From Torpedo marmorata (lineage: Eukaryota): DNA of 64,000 nt. The DNA lies in NCBI GenBank assembly GCA_977017645.1, contig OZ360222.1:94922001-94986000 (forward strand), given 5' to 3'. Under the pieces are notes generated by a model. It was not told the DNA's origin. It did no database searches and saw only the letters and a list, made by a program, of their open reading frames with translations. Positions 1 through 12,619 of this stretch are shown here, piece after piece (within the stretch, counting starts at the first letter, position 1; the number at the start of each line of letters is the position of its first letter). The translations under genes were made by a program, and so were the position numbers.

Positions 1-3000
1 CGGCCATTGAGGCTGATCTTAAATCCAATAGATCATTATAAATATATGATATTAATCCACCGTGAACAAACTGTAAATTAAAAAATGAATCAAGTATATT
101 AGTATTTGAAATTCGATGAAAATCAGAAAGCTTAGACTGAACAAAATGTCTAACTTGTAAATATCTAAAAAAATGTCTATTAGGAAGATTAAATTTGGCT
201 GATAATTATTCAAAAGAGGCAAAGTTATCTCGAATAAAGCGATCATGTAACTTTGGGTACCCAATCTATACCATTCCTTAAAACCTGCATCTAACACAGA
301 CGGCTGAAAAAGATAGTTATCTATAATGGGACTAGCCAGAGAAAAACTGTTATAGCCAAAAAAAAATTCTAAATTGAGCCCATATTCTCAACCTATTTCT
401 CATTATCAGGTTATGTGTCAATTTAGAAAAGGACAAGGATAAAAAAGAACATAAAATTGCCAACATAGATGAATTCTTAGCAAACTTCAGTTCCATTTCT
501 ACCCAAGAAGGGCGATTCACTAACTTATCGAAATGTAATAATAGGAGTAGATTACGTATATTAATCGCCCAATAATAGAATCTAATATCTGGAAGTGATA
601 GTCCTCCATTCCTTTTAGTCTTTAGAAGATGGGCTTTATTTATACATGGTTGTTTTCCTTGCCATATGTATGAAGAAATAACCGAATCTAACGAACTAAA
701 AAAGGATATAGCAATGAAAATTGGTAAAGCTTGAAAAAGGTACAAAAATGTAGGCAAAATGTTCATTTTAATCAAATTGATACATCCTATCATTGGAATA
801 GATAAGGGTGACCATCCGGATAATAGTACTTTTATCTGATTGAGTAATACCAAGAAATTTTCTTTCAATAAACTTTTATTGCTTTACATAATTGTAATTC
901 CTAAATATTGAAATTGGTCTTTCACTATTTTAAACAGGACATTAGAATAGCTTGAAAAAGATCCTTTTAAGGGTAATAGTTCACTCTTGTGCAAATTTAA
1001 TTTATAACCTGAAAACTGGCTAAATTGGGAAAAGTTAATATCTTCGGTATAGAAACCTCAGGATTTGAAATAATAAAGCAATAGATCGTCTGCATAAAGA
1101 GATATATTATGTTTGATTCCACTTCTAGTTATTCCTTTAAATTCTCTACACTGTCGGAGAGCAACAGCTCAAGGTTCCAGTACTATATCAAAAAGCAAAG
1201 GACTTAATGGTCATCCTTGCCGCGTTCCCCTATTAAGCCTAAACATTTGATTGTTGTAAATTAGAACGAATTGAAGCCATTGGGCATAAATATAATAATT
1301 TAATCCAATTGATAAAGTCTGGACCAAAATTAAATTTTCCTAAAACTGCAAATAGTATTCCTATTCCACCCGATCAAACGTTTTCTCAGCATCTAATGAG
1401 AGAACACATTCGGTCGCTGGGGTGGAGGATAAATATAAGAGATTCAATAATCGATGTATGTTATAATAAGAATAACGATTTTTAATAAAAGCAGTTTGAT
1501 CTGAGTCAATAATTATTGGTAGAATATTTTCTAATCTATGCGCTAAAACCTTAGATAGAATCTTCATATCCACATTTAGTAATGAAATAGGCCTATAAGA
1601 TGCACATTCTGTTGATTCTTTCCCTTTTTTTAAAATAAGAGATATACTCGCCTCCTTAAAAGATAAAGGAAGCTTCTCATCCTTAAATGAGTCTTCAAAC
1701 ACAGAACTTAAGTGGGGTACAAGCCATTTGGAGAAAGATTTATAAAATTCAACAGGAAAGCCGTCTGGTCCTGGAGATTTACCAGACTGTAGTGAGGAAA
1801 TTGCCATGGATAATTTCTCCTGTGAAATAGGTGTCTCCAGACTTGCACGTCTGTCTTGAGAAAGCACAGGTAAATTCAACCGATCTAGGAACTCCGACAT
1901 TGAAGCATAATCATTATTAAATTCAGAGGTATAAAGGTTAGAATAGAATTCTCTAAAAGTCTCATTTATTTTAAAATAATGTGTTGTCATTTTACCATCT
2001 CTCATCGAATCTTATTTATTTGTTTTATAACAGAAATTCTTTTTAATTGTCCAGCTAGTAACTTACTAGATTTTTCACCATGAATATAAAAAAGACTTCT
2101 ACTCCTAAGCAATTGCTGTCCAATTGGGTAGGTAGAGAGAAGATCAAATTTAGTTTTTTCTACTCTTCTCTTGTATAAATCCAGGTTTTTATTTTGAGCA
2201 AATTGTAAATCAATTTGTTTAATCTGATTGATTAATTCTAACCTTTCCTTGTTAGTCTTCTTCTTAATATTAGCAGTATAAGAAATAATTTGTCCTCTTA
2301 AATATGCTTTCATTGTGTCCCAAACAATCAAATTGGACATCATTGGGGAGGAGTTAGTCGTAAAAAAAAACTGTATTTGTTTCTCCATATAATTTAGAAA
2401 TTCTTTATCTGCAAGGAGAGTACTATTAAATCTCCATTGTCTTTTTGTAAACAGAATGTCATAAAAATTCAAATTCAAGATGACAGGGGCATGATCAGAT
2501 ATAACTATTCCTTGGTACTCACATGATTTGGTCAAGGAGATTAATTGGTTGTCAATTAAAAAGTAATCAATTCTAGTATAAGAACGGTGCACGTTAGATA
2601 AAAAAGAATATTCTCTGTTGGGGTTTAAGAAACAAAAAACATCTGTAATACCAAAATTTGATAAAAAAGAGTGAATTACAGCTGTGGATTTAGAAAGGGT
2701 TGCTAATCTAGGAGAAGAACGATCTAAAACTGTATCTAAACAGCAGTTAAAATCGCCTCCCAAAATCAATGAGTAATGATTTAAATTGGGTATAACTGAA
2801 AATTTTTTTTCAAAAAATGCTGGTTCATCGATATTTGGGGCATAGACATTAGCCAATACCACCAGCCTATTATATAATTTCCCTGTAAGAATAATAAAAC
2901 AACCTTGTTTGTCTAAAGTACTATTATGAAGATCAAATGGGATATTTTGATTAATTAATATCAAGATTCCTCTAACTTTGGCATCAGAACAGGAGTGAAA

Positions 3001-3180
3001 AAATTGCCCCTTCCATCTAAACATTAACCTATCCTTGTCATAATTTCTAATATGAGTTTCTTGGGAAAAAAAAGCGATATCTTCTTTTAACTGTCTAAGA
3101 TGTGCCATTACTCTACGCTGTTTAATTGGCCCATTCAAGTCTTTGACATTCCATGAAACTATATTAATCGGATTAATCTT
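1..3180 (-). pseudogene. L1 ORF2 (APE endonuclease + reverse transcriptase), disrupted
   Basis: ORF fragments 2002-3138 (EN), 1361-2005 (RT N-terminal part), 350-868 and 52-297 are collinear pieces separated by frameshifts and stops. Confidence 0.92.
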
Positions 3181-3332
3181 CAGATTAAATAATTAATTTA
3201 GTTGCAAATGGGCGAATGTCCTTGCCATCCCCACCCAGCTCTGGAGGCTAAAACGTCTGATCCAAACTAAAAAGTAAAGCATGAAATATCAGTAACCTTG
3301 CCAACCTAACTAATTCCTTAATAAACCCCCCC

Positions 3333-6300
3333 AACCCAGAGGACGAACAATTTATTCAAGATACTTTTTTACATTTATCTGAGGCTAAGGAAAATATTTT
3401 AATTGGAGGAGATTTCAATTGTTGTCTTAATGCAAATATGGATAAAACATCTAGAACATCTGTTAGACCTAAGATAGTTAAAAGAATTATTAATTTAATG
3501 GATGATTTAAATTTAGTAGATATTTGGAGAAAGTTAAACCCTAGAGAAAAAGATTATTCATTTTATTCCTTTCGACATAATTCATTCTCAAGGATTGATT
3601 TATTCTTAATATCTTCACAAATTCAAGATAGAATAACTCAAATTTCTTATAAAGCAAGAATAATTTCGGACCATTCACCTTTATTAATGACATGTATAAT
3701 TCCAGAAAAAGAAAAAACTGTATATAACTGGAGATTAGACTCTTCTTTATTAAATAGAAAAGATTTTTGTGAATATATAAGAAAAGAAATTCAGGAATTT
3801 TTAAGAATTAATAATAATTCAGTTGAAGATAAGTTTATAATTTGGGAATCTTTAAAAGCATATTTAAGAGGATTGATAATAAGCTTCTCGGCAAAAATTA
3901 GAAAAGATTATGTGAAAGAAGAAGAAAAACTGGAGGGAGAAATTGAAGTTATGGAAAAGGATTTTCAAAGAAATAAAACAATTTCTAAGAGACAACGTTT
4001 AATTGGGAAAAAATTACATTATAATATATTACAAACTCGAAAAATAGAAAAATTAATTGGTAGAACAAAGCAAAGATATTATGAATTGGGAGAAAGAGCA
4101 CATAAAGTTTTAGCATGGCAATTAAAGAAAGAACAAGTTTCTAAAACTATAAATGCTATAAAGAAAAGTTCTGGAGAAATAACTTATAAACCTCAAGAAA
4201 TAAATAATTCATTTAAAGAGTATTATCAAAATTTATATACTTCGCAAATGAATCAAGATGTTGTAAAAATTGATGATTTTTTAGCTAAAATTACATTGCC
4301 CAAATTAAATAGTTTTAATAGAGATTTGTTAGATTTACCAATTACAATGAGAGAAGTAGGTGAGGCTTTATCATCATTGAATAGTGGTAAATCTCCCGGT
4401 GATGATGGATTTCCGGCAGAGTTTTATAAGAAGTTTAAAGATGTATTGATACCTATATATATGGAAGTATTAACTCAAATAAAGGAAACTCATTCATTAC
4501 CGAAAACATTTTTAAATGCTATTATTACAGTTATACCAAAGAAAGATAGAGATGTATTAAAAACAGAATCGTATAGGCCTATATCATTGTTTAATGTAGA
4601 TTATAAATTAATGGCAAAAATCTTGACAAATAGACTAGCTAAGTTTTTACCAATTTTAATACATCCAGATCAAGCAGGATTTATCAAAAATAGATATTCA
4701 AAGGATAATATAGCAAGATTAATAAGTTTGATTAATTTACAAAAAAAGAAACAGGATTTGCCGTTAGTGATAGCATTAGATGCAGAAAAAGCATTTGATA
4801 GAGTAGAATGGAAGTTTTTATTTAAGGTTTTAGAGAAATATGGATTTGGAAATACGTTTATAAACTGGATTAAGACTATATATAAGGAACCTACAGCCAG
4901 AGTAATTACAAATGGTCAAATATCATCTAAATTCTCTTTGACGCGGTCAACAAGACAAGGATGTCCATTGTCACCTGCTTTATTTGTATTGGCAATAGAA
5001 CCATTGGCGGAAATGATTAGGAAAGATATTAATATAAATGGGATAAAAGTAGGTGTAGAAGAGCATAAAATTAGTTTGTTTGCAGATGATGTATTAATAT
5101 ATATGACAAAGTCTATTAAATCACTTCAACAATTAGATAAAATATTGAGGGATTATGGTGAAATATCTGGATATAAAATTAATTCGGATAAAAGTGAGAT
5201 AATGGCTTTATCTCAAGGAGACTATACTAAATGTAAAGAAGTTACAAAATTTAAATGGACTAAAGAGGCTATTAAATATTTGGGAGTTAAAGTGGATACA
5301 AAGTTAGAAAATTTATATAAATTAAATTACATACCTTTATTTCAGAAAATAAAGAAGGATTTGGATAATTGGAAAGATTTACCCATAACTTTAATGGGAA
5401 GAGTGAATTGTATTAAAATGAATATTTTTCCAAAAGTTCAATATCTTTTTCAATCTATACCTTTTGGTATTCCTCAAAAATTTTTTAAAGATTTAAAAAT
5501 TATTATTAGAAAGTTTTTATGGAAAGGAAAATTGGCAAGAGTAAGTATGGATAAATTAACTTGGGAATACGAAATGGGTGGATTACAACTCCCTAATTTT
5601 CAATATTATTATAAGGCAGCACAATTAAAATTTATAAATGAACTATTTGATTTAACTAAAAATACAGCTTGGATTAATATAGAATTGAGTAATATAGGAG
5701 AAAGAAATAAGGAAGATATTATTTATAAATGGAATTCTAAATTATTATTGATTAAAAAGAAAAAGTCACCGATTATTAAACATCTATTGGAAATTTGGAA
5801 TCAATTAGATAATGAAATAGGACGAAAAGGATCAATTTCTTTAAATATGCCATTATATCAGAATTTATTATTACCATTTTCTATTGATAATCAATTTTTA
5901 AAATTATGGTATCAAAAAGGAATTAAGAAGATTAAAGATTGTTTTGAGGCAGGAAGATTTGTTACTTTTTCTAGATTGAAAGAAAAATTTGGAATAATGG
6001 ATAATACAGTTTTGGCTTATTATCAAGTTAAAGGATTTTTAGTTGAGAAATTAGGGAATCAATTAATATCCCCTAGACAAGATGGGTTAGAGTTATTAAT
6101 TACTAATGGAAATGTTAACAAATTTATATCGCAAATGTATAAATTACTTCAGAAAAAAATGTTTAAAGTAGGACTACATAAATCTAGATTAAATTGGGAA
6201 TTAGATCTAAACACTAGTATAGATGAACAACACTGGAAAGAACTATGTAAACTGAGTATGACTAAGATTATTAATGTTAGATATAGATTAGTACAATATA

Positions 6301-7090
6301 ATTTTTTTCATCAATTATATATAACACCTAAAAAATTAAAAAAATTCAATTCGGCATTGTCAGATATGTGTTTTAGATGTAAAGATGAAATAGGTTCTTT
6401 TGTACATTGTACATGGTTGTGTTTGAAAATTAAAAATTTTTGGTCTAAAGTCAAGGAATTTCTAGATAGAATTCTTAATATTACGATTCCAATGGATCCT
6501 ATGATATTTCTGTTTGGAGATATTAAAAAAATTAGTATTAGAAATAGATTGAATATGTACCAAATAGAATTTTTACGAATTGTGTTAGCAATTTCAAAAA
6601 AATGTATTGCTATTACTTGGAAATCAGATTTAGATTTAAATTTGGATAGACTACATGCAGAGTTACGCTCGTGTATACCATTGGAAAAAATTACGTATAA
6701 TTTACGAGATAAATATCATTTCTTTCTGAAAATTTGGAGCCCATACATGAGAATTATGGGTATGAATTAATTCTCTAGAAGTTAGTACCGCTGACAAAGT
6801 AACCTCCAATATACAAGTAGAGTTAGCTTGAAATAGTTTTTCTCCTCATACTAACACTAACTTTCTTAACTTTATTATTCAATCTTTTTCTTTCCTTTTA
6901 ATTAACATTTTTATACTCTATTTTCTCTTTTTATTAGATAGCGTGGGAGGGTTGGGGAGGGGAGGGTGGGAAGGGGGGGTGGTAAATATATCACATGTAT
7001 TTTCAATAATATACTATTTTTTTGATATATGTATTTTGTGATTTTAAAAATTAAATAAAATTATTAAAAAAAAATAAATAAATAAAAAAA
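3333..7090 (+). mobile_element. Young L1 (family A), 5'-truncated, with poly(A) tail and 13-bp TSD
   Basis: TSD AATAAACCCCCCC at 3320-3332 and 7091-7103; AATAAA plus A-rich tail at about 7054-7090; G-rich 3'UTR tract near 6945-6980. Confidence 0.95.
3438..6770 (+). CDS. L1 ORF2p, uninterrupted but N-terminally truncated (C-terminal EN, RT, cysteine-rich domain)
   Basis: 1110-aa ORF with SRID, SDH, QGCPLSP, FADD, KYLG and CFRC..H..W.C motifs. Confidence 0.93.
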   Translation: MDKTSRTSVRPKIVKRIINLMDDLNLVDIWRKLNPREKDYSFYSFRHNSFSRIDLFLISSQIQDRITQISYKARIISDHSPLLMTCIIPEKEKTVYNWRLDSSLLNRKDFCEYIRKEIQEFLRINNNSVEDKFIIWESLKAYLRGLIISFSAKIRKDYVKEEEKLEGEIEVMEKDFQRNKTISKRQRLIGKKLHYNILQTRKIEKLIGRTKQRYYELGERAHKVLAWQLKKEQVSKTINAIKKSSGEITYKPQEINNSFKEYYQNLYTSQMNQDVVKIDDFLAKITLPKLNSFNRDLLDLPITMREVGEALSSLNSGKSPGDDGFPAEFYKKFKDVLIPIYMEVLTQIKETHSLPKTFLNAIITVIPKKDRDVLKTESYRPISLFNVDYKLMAKILTNRLAKFLPILIHPDQAGFIKNRYSKDNIARLISLINLQKKKQDLPLVIALDAEKAFDRVEWKFLFKVLEKYGFGNTFINWIKTIYKEPTARVITNGQISSKFSLTRSTRQGCPLSPALFVLAIEPLAEMIRKDININGIKVGVEEHKISLFADDVLIYMTKSIKSLQQLDKILRDYGEISGYKINSDKSEIMALSQGDYTKCKEVTKFKWTKEAIKYLGVKVDTKLENLYKLNYIPLFQKIKKDLDNWKDLPITLMGRVNCIKMNIFPKVQYLFQSIPFGIPQKFFKDLKIIIRKFLWKGKLARVSMDKLTWEYEMGGLQLPNFQYYYKAAQLKFINELFDLTKNTAWINIELSNIGERNKEDIIYKWNSKLLLIKKKKSPIIKHLLEIWNQLDNEIGRKGSISLNMPLYQNLLLPFSIDNQFLKLWYQKGIKKIKDCFEAGRFVTFSRLKEKFGIMDNTVLAYYQVKGFLVEKLGNQLISPRQDGLELLITNGNVNKFISQMYKLLQKKMFKVGLHKSRLNWELDLNTSIDEQHWKELCKLSMTKIINVRYRLVQYNFFHQLYITPKKLKKFNSALSDMCFRCKDEIGSFVHCTWLCLKIKNFWSKVKEFLDRILNITIPMDPMIFLFGDIKKISIRNRLNMYQIEFLRIVLAISKKCIAITWKSDLDLNLDRLHAELRSCIPLEKITYNLRDKYHFFLKIWSPYMRIMGMN

Positions 7091-7759
7091 AATAAACCCC
7101 CCCTTCCAGCCCACCCCATTCTGAAGATCTCCAACCGAAGTTGCTATCTGTTCTATGGAAGAAAGATAACCCCAAATACTTCATTGTTGATCTTTATGCT
7201 CCTTAATATAAACCAACAACAAAAAAATATATTATTTTAAAAACAAGGATTGTTTTATAACTCTCCACTTCAAAATAAATTATTTTATATAAAAAGGATT
7301 TATATCAAATATATAAGACCCAGCCAGTCATCAAATGTACTTCCTGAGTACACACATGTACAGTCCCAAACATAACAAGAACAAAATTCATATGTTCTTG
7401 GCAATTTACATAATCTAAGCAATCATCAATAAATTACAGTATTCTGGTACTGTACTAAGAGAACTCAGTATCTAAAAAAAAGGGGAAAAACAGAAAGACC
7501 CAGGTGAAAAATTTCAATGCGCATGCGCAACCAATCCCTCTACATACAGATTATTGAATTATGTGTGCATTCTCATACATAACAACCATCGTTTAATGCA
7601 ACACTTCATTAATAGCATATCCCACTTATAATAAATTTACAATGTCATTCAGTTTAAATGCAATAATAAAACAAACATCATTATGTATTAAAACCGTATT
7701 CAAGGCCTACCTAATTAAACGAAGTATCTAAAAAAAATATTTCCACGAACATGAAGGTC

Positions 7760-8560
7760 TCTAATGCGCATGCGCAAGGACAAAAAAACCCGTTCGCGCA
7801 AAAAATTATCTAAGAGGAGTTAACTCCATCAAATCAAACTTTATAAAACCTCTAAAACCTAACATAGACAGAGTTATTTAAACTGAACCCTGTACATTAT
7901 CAAATATTTAGTACATAGCAATTTAAAATTTAGCGTCATAAATATACATACATTCTATGCACATGAGCAATAGTGTTCTTCAAACATAAGCATTGGCCGC
8001 CATTTTTTCTTTGTTCCCCACTAAACTAAAACCTCAGACATCTTGTAATCGCCATTATCTCAATGTGCATGCGCGAAAAATCACCATTTGCAAAGAAAAA
8101 ATAATCTAAGAGGAGTTAACCTTCATCAATTCAGATTTACTGAAACATCTAAGGCTTAACATAGACAGAGTTATTAAAACTAAGCCTTGTACATTATCAA
8201 ATATTTGGTACATTCTATGCACATGCGCAATAGAGTATCTTTAAAAAAAAACATCAGCCGCCATTTTTTTTCTTTATTTTCCAATAAACTATAACCTCAA
8301 ACATCTTTTAATCGCCATTTTCTCTATATTTTAGACTGAACTAAAATAACACATGTTTCCCAAATTGCCTTTTTGTCTCGTTCTGATCTGAACAAAGACA
8401 TCATATCTACTTCAAATCACCATTTGTATTTATTATGTCTTTGTTCTCTGCTAGACTAAAACAAAACATCTATTCCAAGTCGCCATTTTGTCAATGTTCT
8501 CATCTAAACTAAAAAACACCTAATTCAAATTGCCATTTTCTCTTGTTCTGATTTAACCTA
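7760..8560. repeat. ~300-bp tandem duplication followed by shorter degenerate repeats in the L1-B inter-ORF spacer
   Basis: Blocks at about 7760-8060 and 8060-8330 share ATCTAAGAGGAGTTAAC, AACATAGACAGAGTTATT and TGTACATTATCAAATATTT; GCCATTTT-containing units follow. Confidence 0.8.
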
Positions 8561-8943
8561 AAACAGTTCAATTATTACAAATCATCCTTTTAATTCAAAA
8601 CTATTTAGGGCTGTTTACAAGTTTATTAATTATTCAAAATAAAATCATTTAGATTGAATCTACAATCAAGTCAGATTTATCCAAGAGAATTAAACCTAGT
8701 TAAAAAAAAACCCTCATATCAATTCTTGTCATACTAATGCAGAAAATCCATATATTCTAAACGACTCTTGAGAGGAAAAAAAAGAATTTATCCATCCATT
8801 TCAACTTAATAATATAAGTGAAACATTACCCCCATCAGTTGTCTGAACCAAATCTTATTATATTACCAATTATCCAATTAACAGACAAAACACCAGAACG
8901 CCCCTGTTCCCGAATGGTATCAACTCTCTTGGAAGCAAGAAAG

Positions 8944-9798
8944 TTAACTCATTCCTGGCACCGGCAGATCAGAATCTGCAGAAATAAGGTTTGGAAGGGC
9001 TGCTTGAGCTTGTTTTTTGGTGTTAAAGTACATTCTTTGACCATCCTTCGAAATAATTCTCAGTCGAGCCGGATACTGCATAACTGGTTTAAGACCTTCT
9101 TTGAAGAAAATTGCCATAAGATCATGGAATTTCTTCCTCATCTCTATCACTTCTGGGCAAAGATCTTCAACCAACCTAATAGGTTGGCCCTGGTAATTAA
9201 AATCCTTCTTCCGACGAGCCGCTTGAATAATCTGTTCTTTATGATGAAAATAATGGCAACAGACAATTACCACTCTTGGACGGTCTCCAGAGAACTGCCT
9301 TGGAGAGGGAACTCGATGTACTCGATCAAGTAAGAGGTCTCCAGTTAGAGCTTCATTTCCAAATAACTCGGTAAGTAACTCGGTGAAAACGTGTACAGGA
9401 GACTTCCCCTTCTCAATGCCCTCTTTGATTTCCAGAATACAGATATTGTTTCATCTACTTCAGCCCTCCAGGTTGACCAAACGAGACAGTAACTTTTTAT
9501 TACTGGTAGCCTGTTCCATAACGATAGCTTCGAGCTTTCCCATTCTGTCTTCCAGCAAACTTGTATTATCTTCTATAGCAGTCTCCAAATCTTGTATACG
9601 TCTTTCTAAAATTGGCACTGCTGCTATAGATTTATCAAGTTTATCTTCCAACGTTCGCATGGATTCCATTAATTTATCCGTAACTTCTCGGAGTTGTGCC
9701 TTCATCATTCCGGAGACCACTTCATAAACAGAGGGTGCCTCCTCTTCAGCTTCAGGTTCCATAGTTTCTTTTGTTTTCTTGGCAGTTTTTGGCGACAT
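8944..9798 (-). pseudogene. L1 ORF1p (coiled coil / RRM / CTD), frameshifted
   Basis: MSPKTAKK...LERRIQDLE...LVNLEG, then HKEQIIQAARR...IRLVEDL...YPARLRI, typical of L1 ORF1 (Transposase_22-like). Confidence 0.88.
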
Positions 9799-10416
9799 TT
9801 TCTCAATATTAATATTAATAACAGACAATTCCACCAAACTTCAAGCACCTTGGTGCAAAAAAAGCTAGGTCTAGAAGTAGAAATTATTAAGTGTTGGCAG
9901 GAGACAACGACTGGCACTCCATGTAGTCGCCAACCAGAAGTCAAATTATTCTATTCTTTTTTGAATAACCTTTGTTTATTGAAAATATTTTATGCAAATG
10001 CAGATTTTAAAAAAGATGATGCCAAAAAGAGGTAATAATGTAAAGGCAAGTAGTCCTCTCAGTTAAGTACTGCAGCAATGATGAGCAGTGAAAAAGTGAC
10101 GGTCATGACAACAAGCAATACTTGAGGGAGGTGGGGGGGAAGGAGGGGGAGGGGGAACAGGATTAAAGGAAAATCCACTCAACCCATGCATTATATTCTT
10201 TTCAGTCACTCTACAACCTCTACATAACTTGCCTTCACCAGTCACTTCTTTTTATAACCCTCTCTACTCATTAACCTTTCATCCTGATTTTCACTTTCAT
10301 TTAACATGCTGAAGATGTAGAGTGACTATCACTTCAGGAGAGTTAAGTTCAAATTTCCTGATGACACAGACCCATTAATTATCTCAGATACCAGTATAGG
10401 GTGCATTTTAGAGATG

Positions 10417-11349
10417 CTGTAAAAGTCCAAAAGTTTGGATGCCAGAAATCCAGATCACCCAAGAATCCAGACTTCTCAAAATCTCTCGGCTGAAATCTGG
10501 ACCATCCGAGAATCCAGACTTCTCGAAAACTCTTGACTTTTGTGTGCGTGCGTGTGTGCATGCGTAAGCGCCACAGATGCACAGCAGCAACAAGCAAACT
10601 CACGGAAGTAGCCGAAATGTAAGAAAAACTATTTGTTTTTGTACTTTGTATTTTATATGAAAAAAAATATTTGTTCATAAATGATCAAAACTTACCTGTT
10701 ATTCTCCTTACATTTGAATATTAAAAACACTGCCCGAGAATCCGGAAAATCCGGACCGGCCTTGTAGCGACTTCGATCCAATAAATAGTCGCTTGGAGGC
10801 TAGGTGAGACACTTGTTCGTGATGTGTTTCAATTAATTTTCTACCAAGTCCAATAGGTTCAAAAGGTTTATTAACACACGATGACTTGTCGCAATCTACA
10901 ATAACGTAACGATCTTCTTTAAGGTTCCATAAATAGCTTAACGTAACATAACATCCATAAAAACGATCCTCAATAACGACATAGGAACGATCCGCGATAA
11001 CGGTCAACAAAAATTATGAGGATCTCACTCAGCATCCTCTACGTCGCCATGTTGTATAGTACTTTTTTCCTGATTCGCGCGCAGCACCACCACGCATGCT
11101 CCAGCCGGCACTCCAATACACCTACCCACCGCGCATGCTCCAGCTAGCACTCCAATACAACTACCCACCACGCATGCGCCTGCCGGCACTTGCGCAGAGT
11201 AGTCAACATGGTCGCACACGGCCTACTAAACTCCGGGACGCCTCTGACGCCCGCGGGGACCAACGGAACGCTGCCATGGAGGTAAGAAGCGAGCCTTTGG
11301 CTCTTACAGGCCTAATCACCGAGCAGTTCGGATTTTAGGACTTTTACTG
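10417..11349. mobile_element. Tc1/mariner (pogo/Tigger-like) non-autonomous element, interrupted by a solo LTR
   Basis: Imperfect TIRs: left CTGTAAAAGTCCAAAAGTTTGG versus right reverse complement CAGTAAAAGTCCTAAAATCCG. TA on the right, TG (probably decayed TA) on the left. Confidence 0.7.
10763..11308 (-). mobile_element. Solo LTR (546 bp), 5-bp TSD
   Basis: TGTA...TACA termini; TSD GGCCT at 10758-10762 and 11309-11313; about three internal 39-bp tandem units from 11087; homologous to 25753-26385. Strand inferred from a minus-strand AATAAA. Confidence 0.85.
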
Positions 11350-11569
11350 TATTGGGAAATGCTAGGATGCATCAGCAAGTCTTCCAGCTAGCCTGTGATA
11401 GAACTCAAAATAGTGGAACAGCAGAAAAGATACCTGACTGTTCACTATGAACTAAATAGTAAACTCCAACATGATGATACCCTATTAGTTTCATCCAGCC
11501 TCTCATTCATTTTCACACTCAAATGTGAGGTTCATCAACCTGTAGTTCCCTGGCTTGTCCTAGAAGTCC

Positions 11570-12470
11570 TTTTTAAGTAAAGGCACAACATTAGCCAAAA
11601 GAGACGAGGCATGTTTGACAAAATGACTGTCAACTGGATTAGCTCCATTAGCCTCTGTCAGAGTCTGGCACCTCTCGCTTGGCTAAAAATGATGCCAATA
11701 TCTTTGCCTGGACCCCAGCCATTTATTCCCTTGATTCCCACAATGTCCTCATATATACTTGGTCAGGGCCTGGAGATTTATCCACCTTTATGCACATCAA
11801 GAAATCTAAAACCTCTTCTTTTATAATATTGATAAGTTTCAGAAAGTCTCTGTTCTCTTTCCCGAATTCCCTTGCTACCATTATTTTCTTCACTGTAAAT
11901 GCAAATGATAACTTTTCATTTCAGACCTCACCTACCTTCCAAGACTCCACACATAGACAACTGCATTGATCCTTAAGGAGATCTATTCTTTCCCAAGTTA
12001 CCCTTTCACTCTTAGTGTGCTCACAGAATCTCTCCTCCTTTACATTATCTGCCAAGGATATTTAATGTGCCTTATCTGCCCTCCTGGTTTCCTTCTTAAG
12101 TGTAATCCTATATCCCTTATACTCGAGGGCTTTGCTTGACCCAGCTGCTGATACTTACCCTCCTTTTTTTTGACCCGAGCCTCAATAATCTTTATCAGCC
12201 AGGCTTTCCTAATTTTGCCAGCCTTGCCTTTCACTCTAACAAGCATATGCTGTCCCTGAACTCTCTCTATCTCATCTTTAATTGCTTTCCACTTGTTACA
12301 CCTGCTAATGGATTCTCCCAATCAACCTTTCCAGAACTATTCTAAATAAAAATAAAGTTGCTGGTTTCAAAATGTTCTCCCACTGACACTTCAGCCACTT
12401 TCCAGCCTTAGTTTCCCAAGCAGATCAAGTGTTGACCCTTCTCCAATAGGACTATCTACAAATTGTTGCT
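11570..12470 (-). mobile_element. Old degraded CR1 ORF2 fragment
   Basis: Residual CR1-like translation (e.g. KAGKIRKAWL..IEARVKKK). Confidence 0.6.
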
Positions 12471-12619
12471 AACATCGAGCAAGTCATGAATATTCTTGAG
12501 TTAAAGCTTCATTGTAGCTAGAAAATTTCAGCAAAGCTTTCATCTTAAAAGGAAACAATAATAACAATAATCTCATTCCAGTGGAGCATATCATGAAACA
12601 TTTGGTCTCATGATAATGC

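Larger units (their letters stand above)
1..9942 (-). mobile_element. Older L1-clade LINE (family B), 5' end present, 3' part runs off the left edge; interrupted by a younger L1 at 3333-7090
   Basis: Minus-strand order is 5'UTR (starts GACTTCTGGTTGGCG near 9942), frameshifted ORF1 (9798-8944), long spacer, then frameshifted ORF2 (SWNV..NG, QETH, GGDFN, SDH, KSPGPDGF, YRPISLLN, LDAEK). Confidence 0.9.

Noticed and set aside
11087-11200. Regular repeats resembling a CRISPR array (also 49225-49490 and 20960-21052)
   Set aside because: Contiguous tandem units without unique spacers, inside eukaryotic TEs, with no cas genes.
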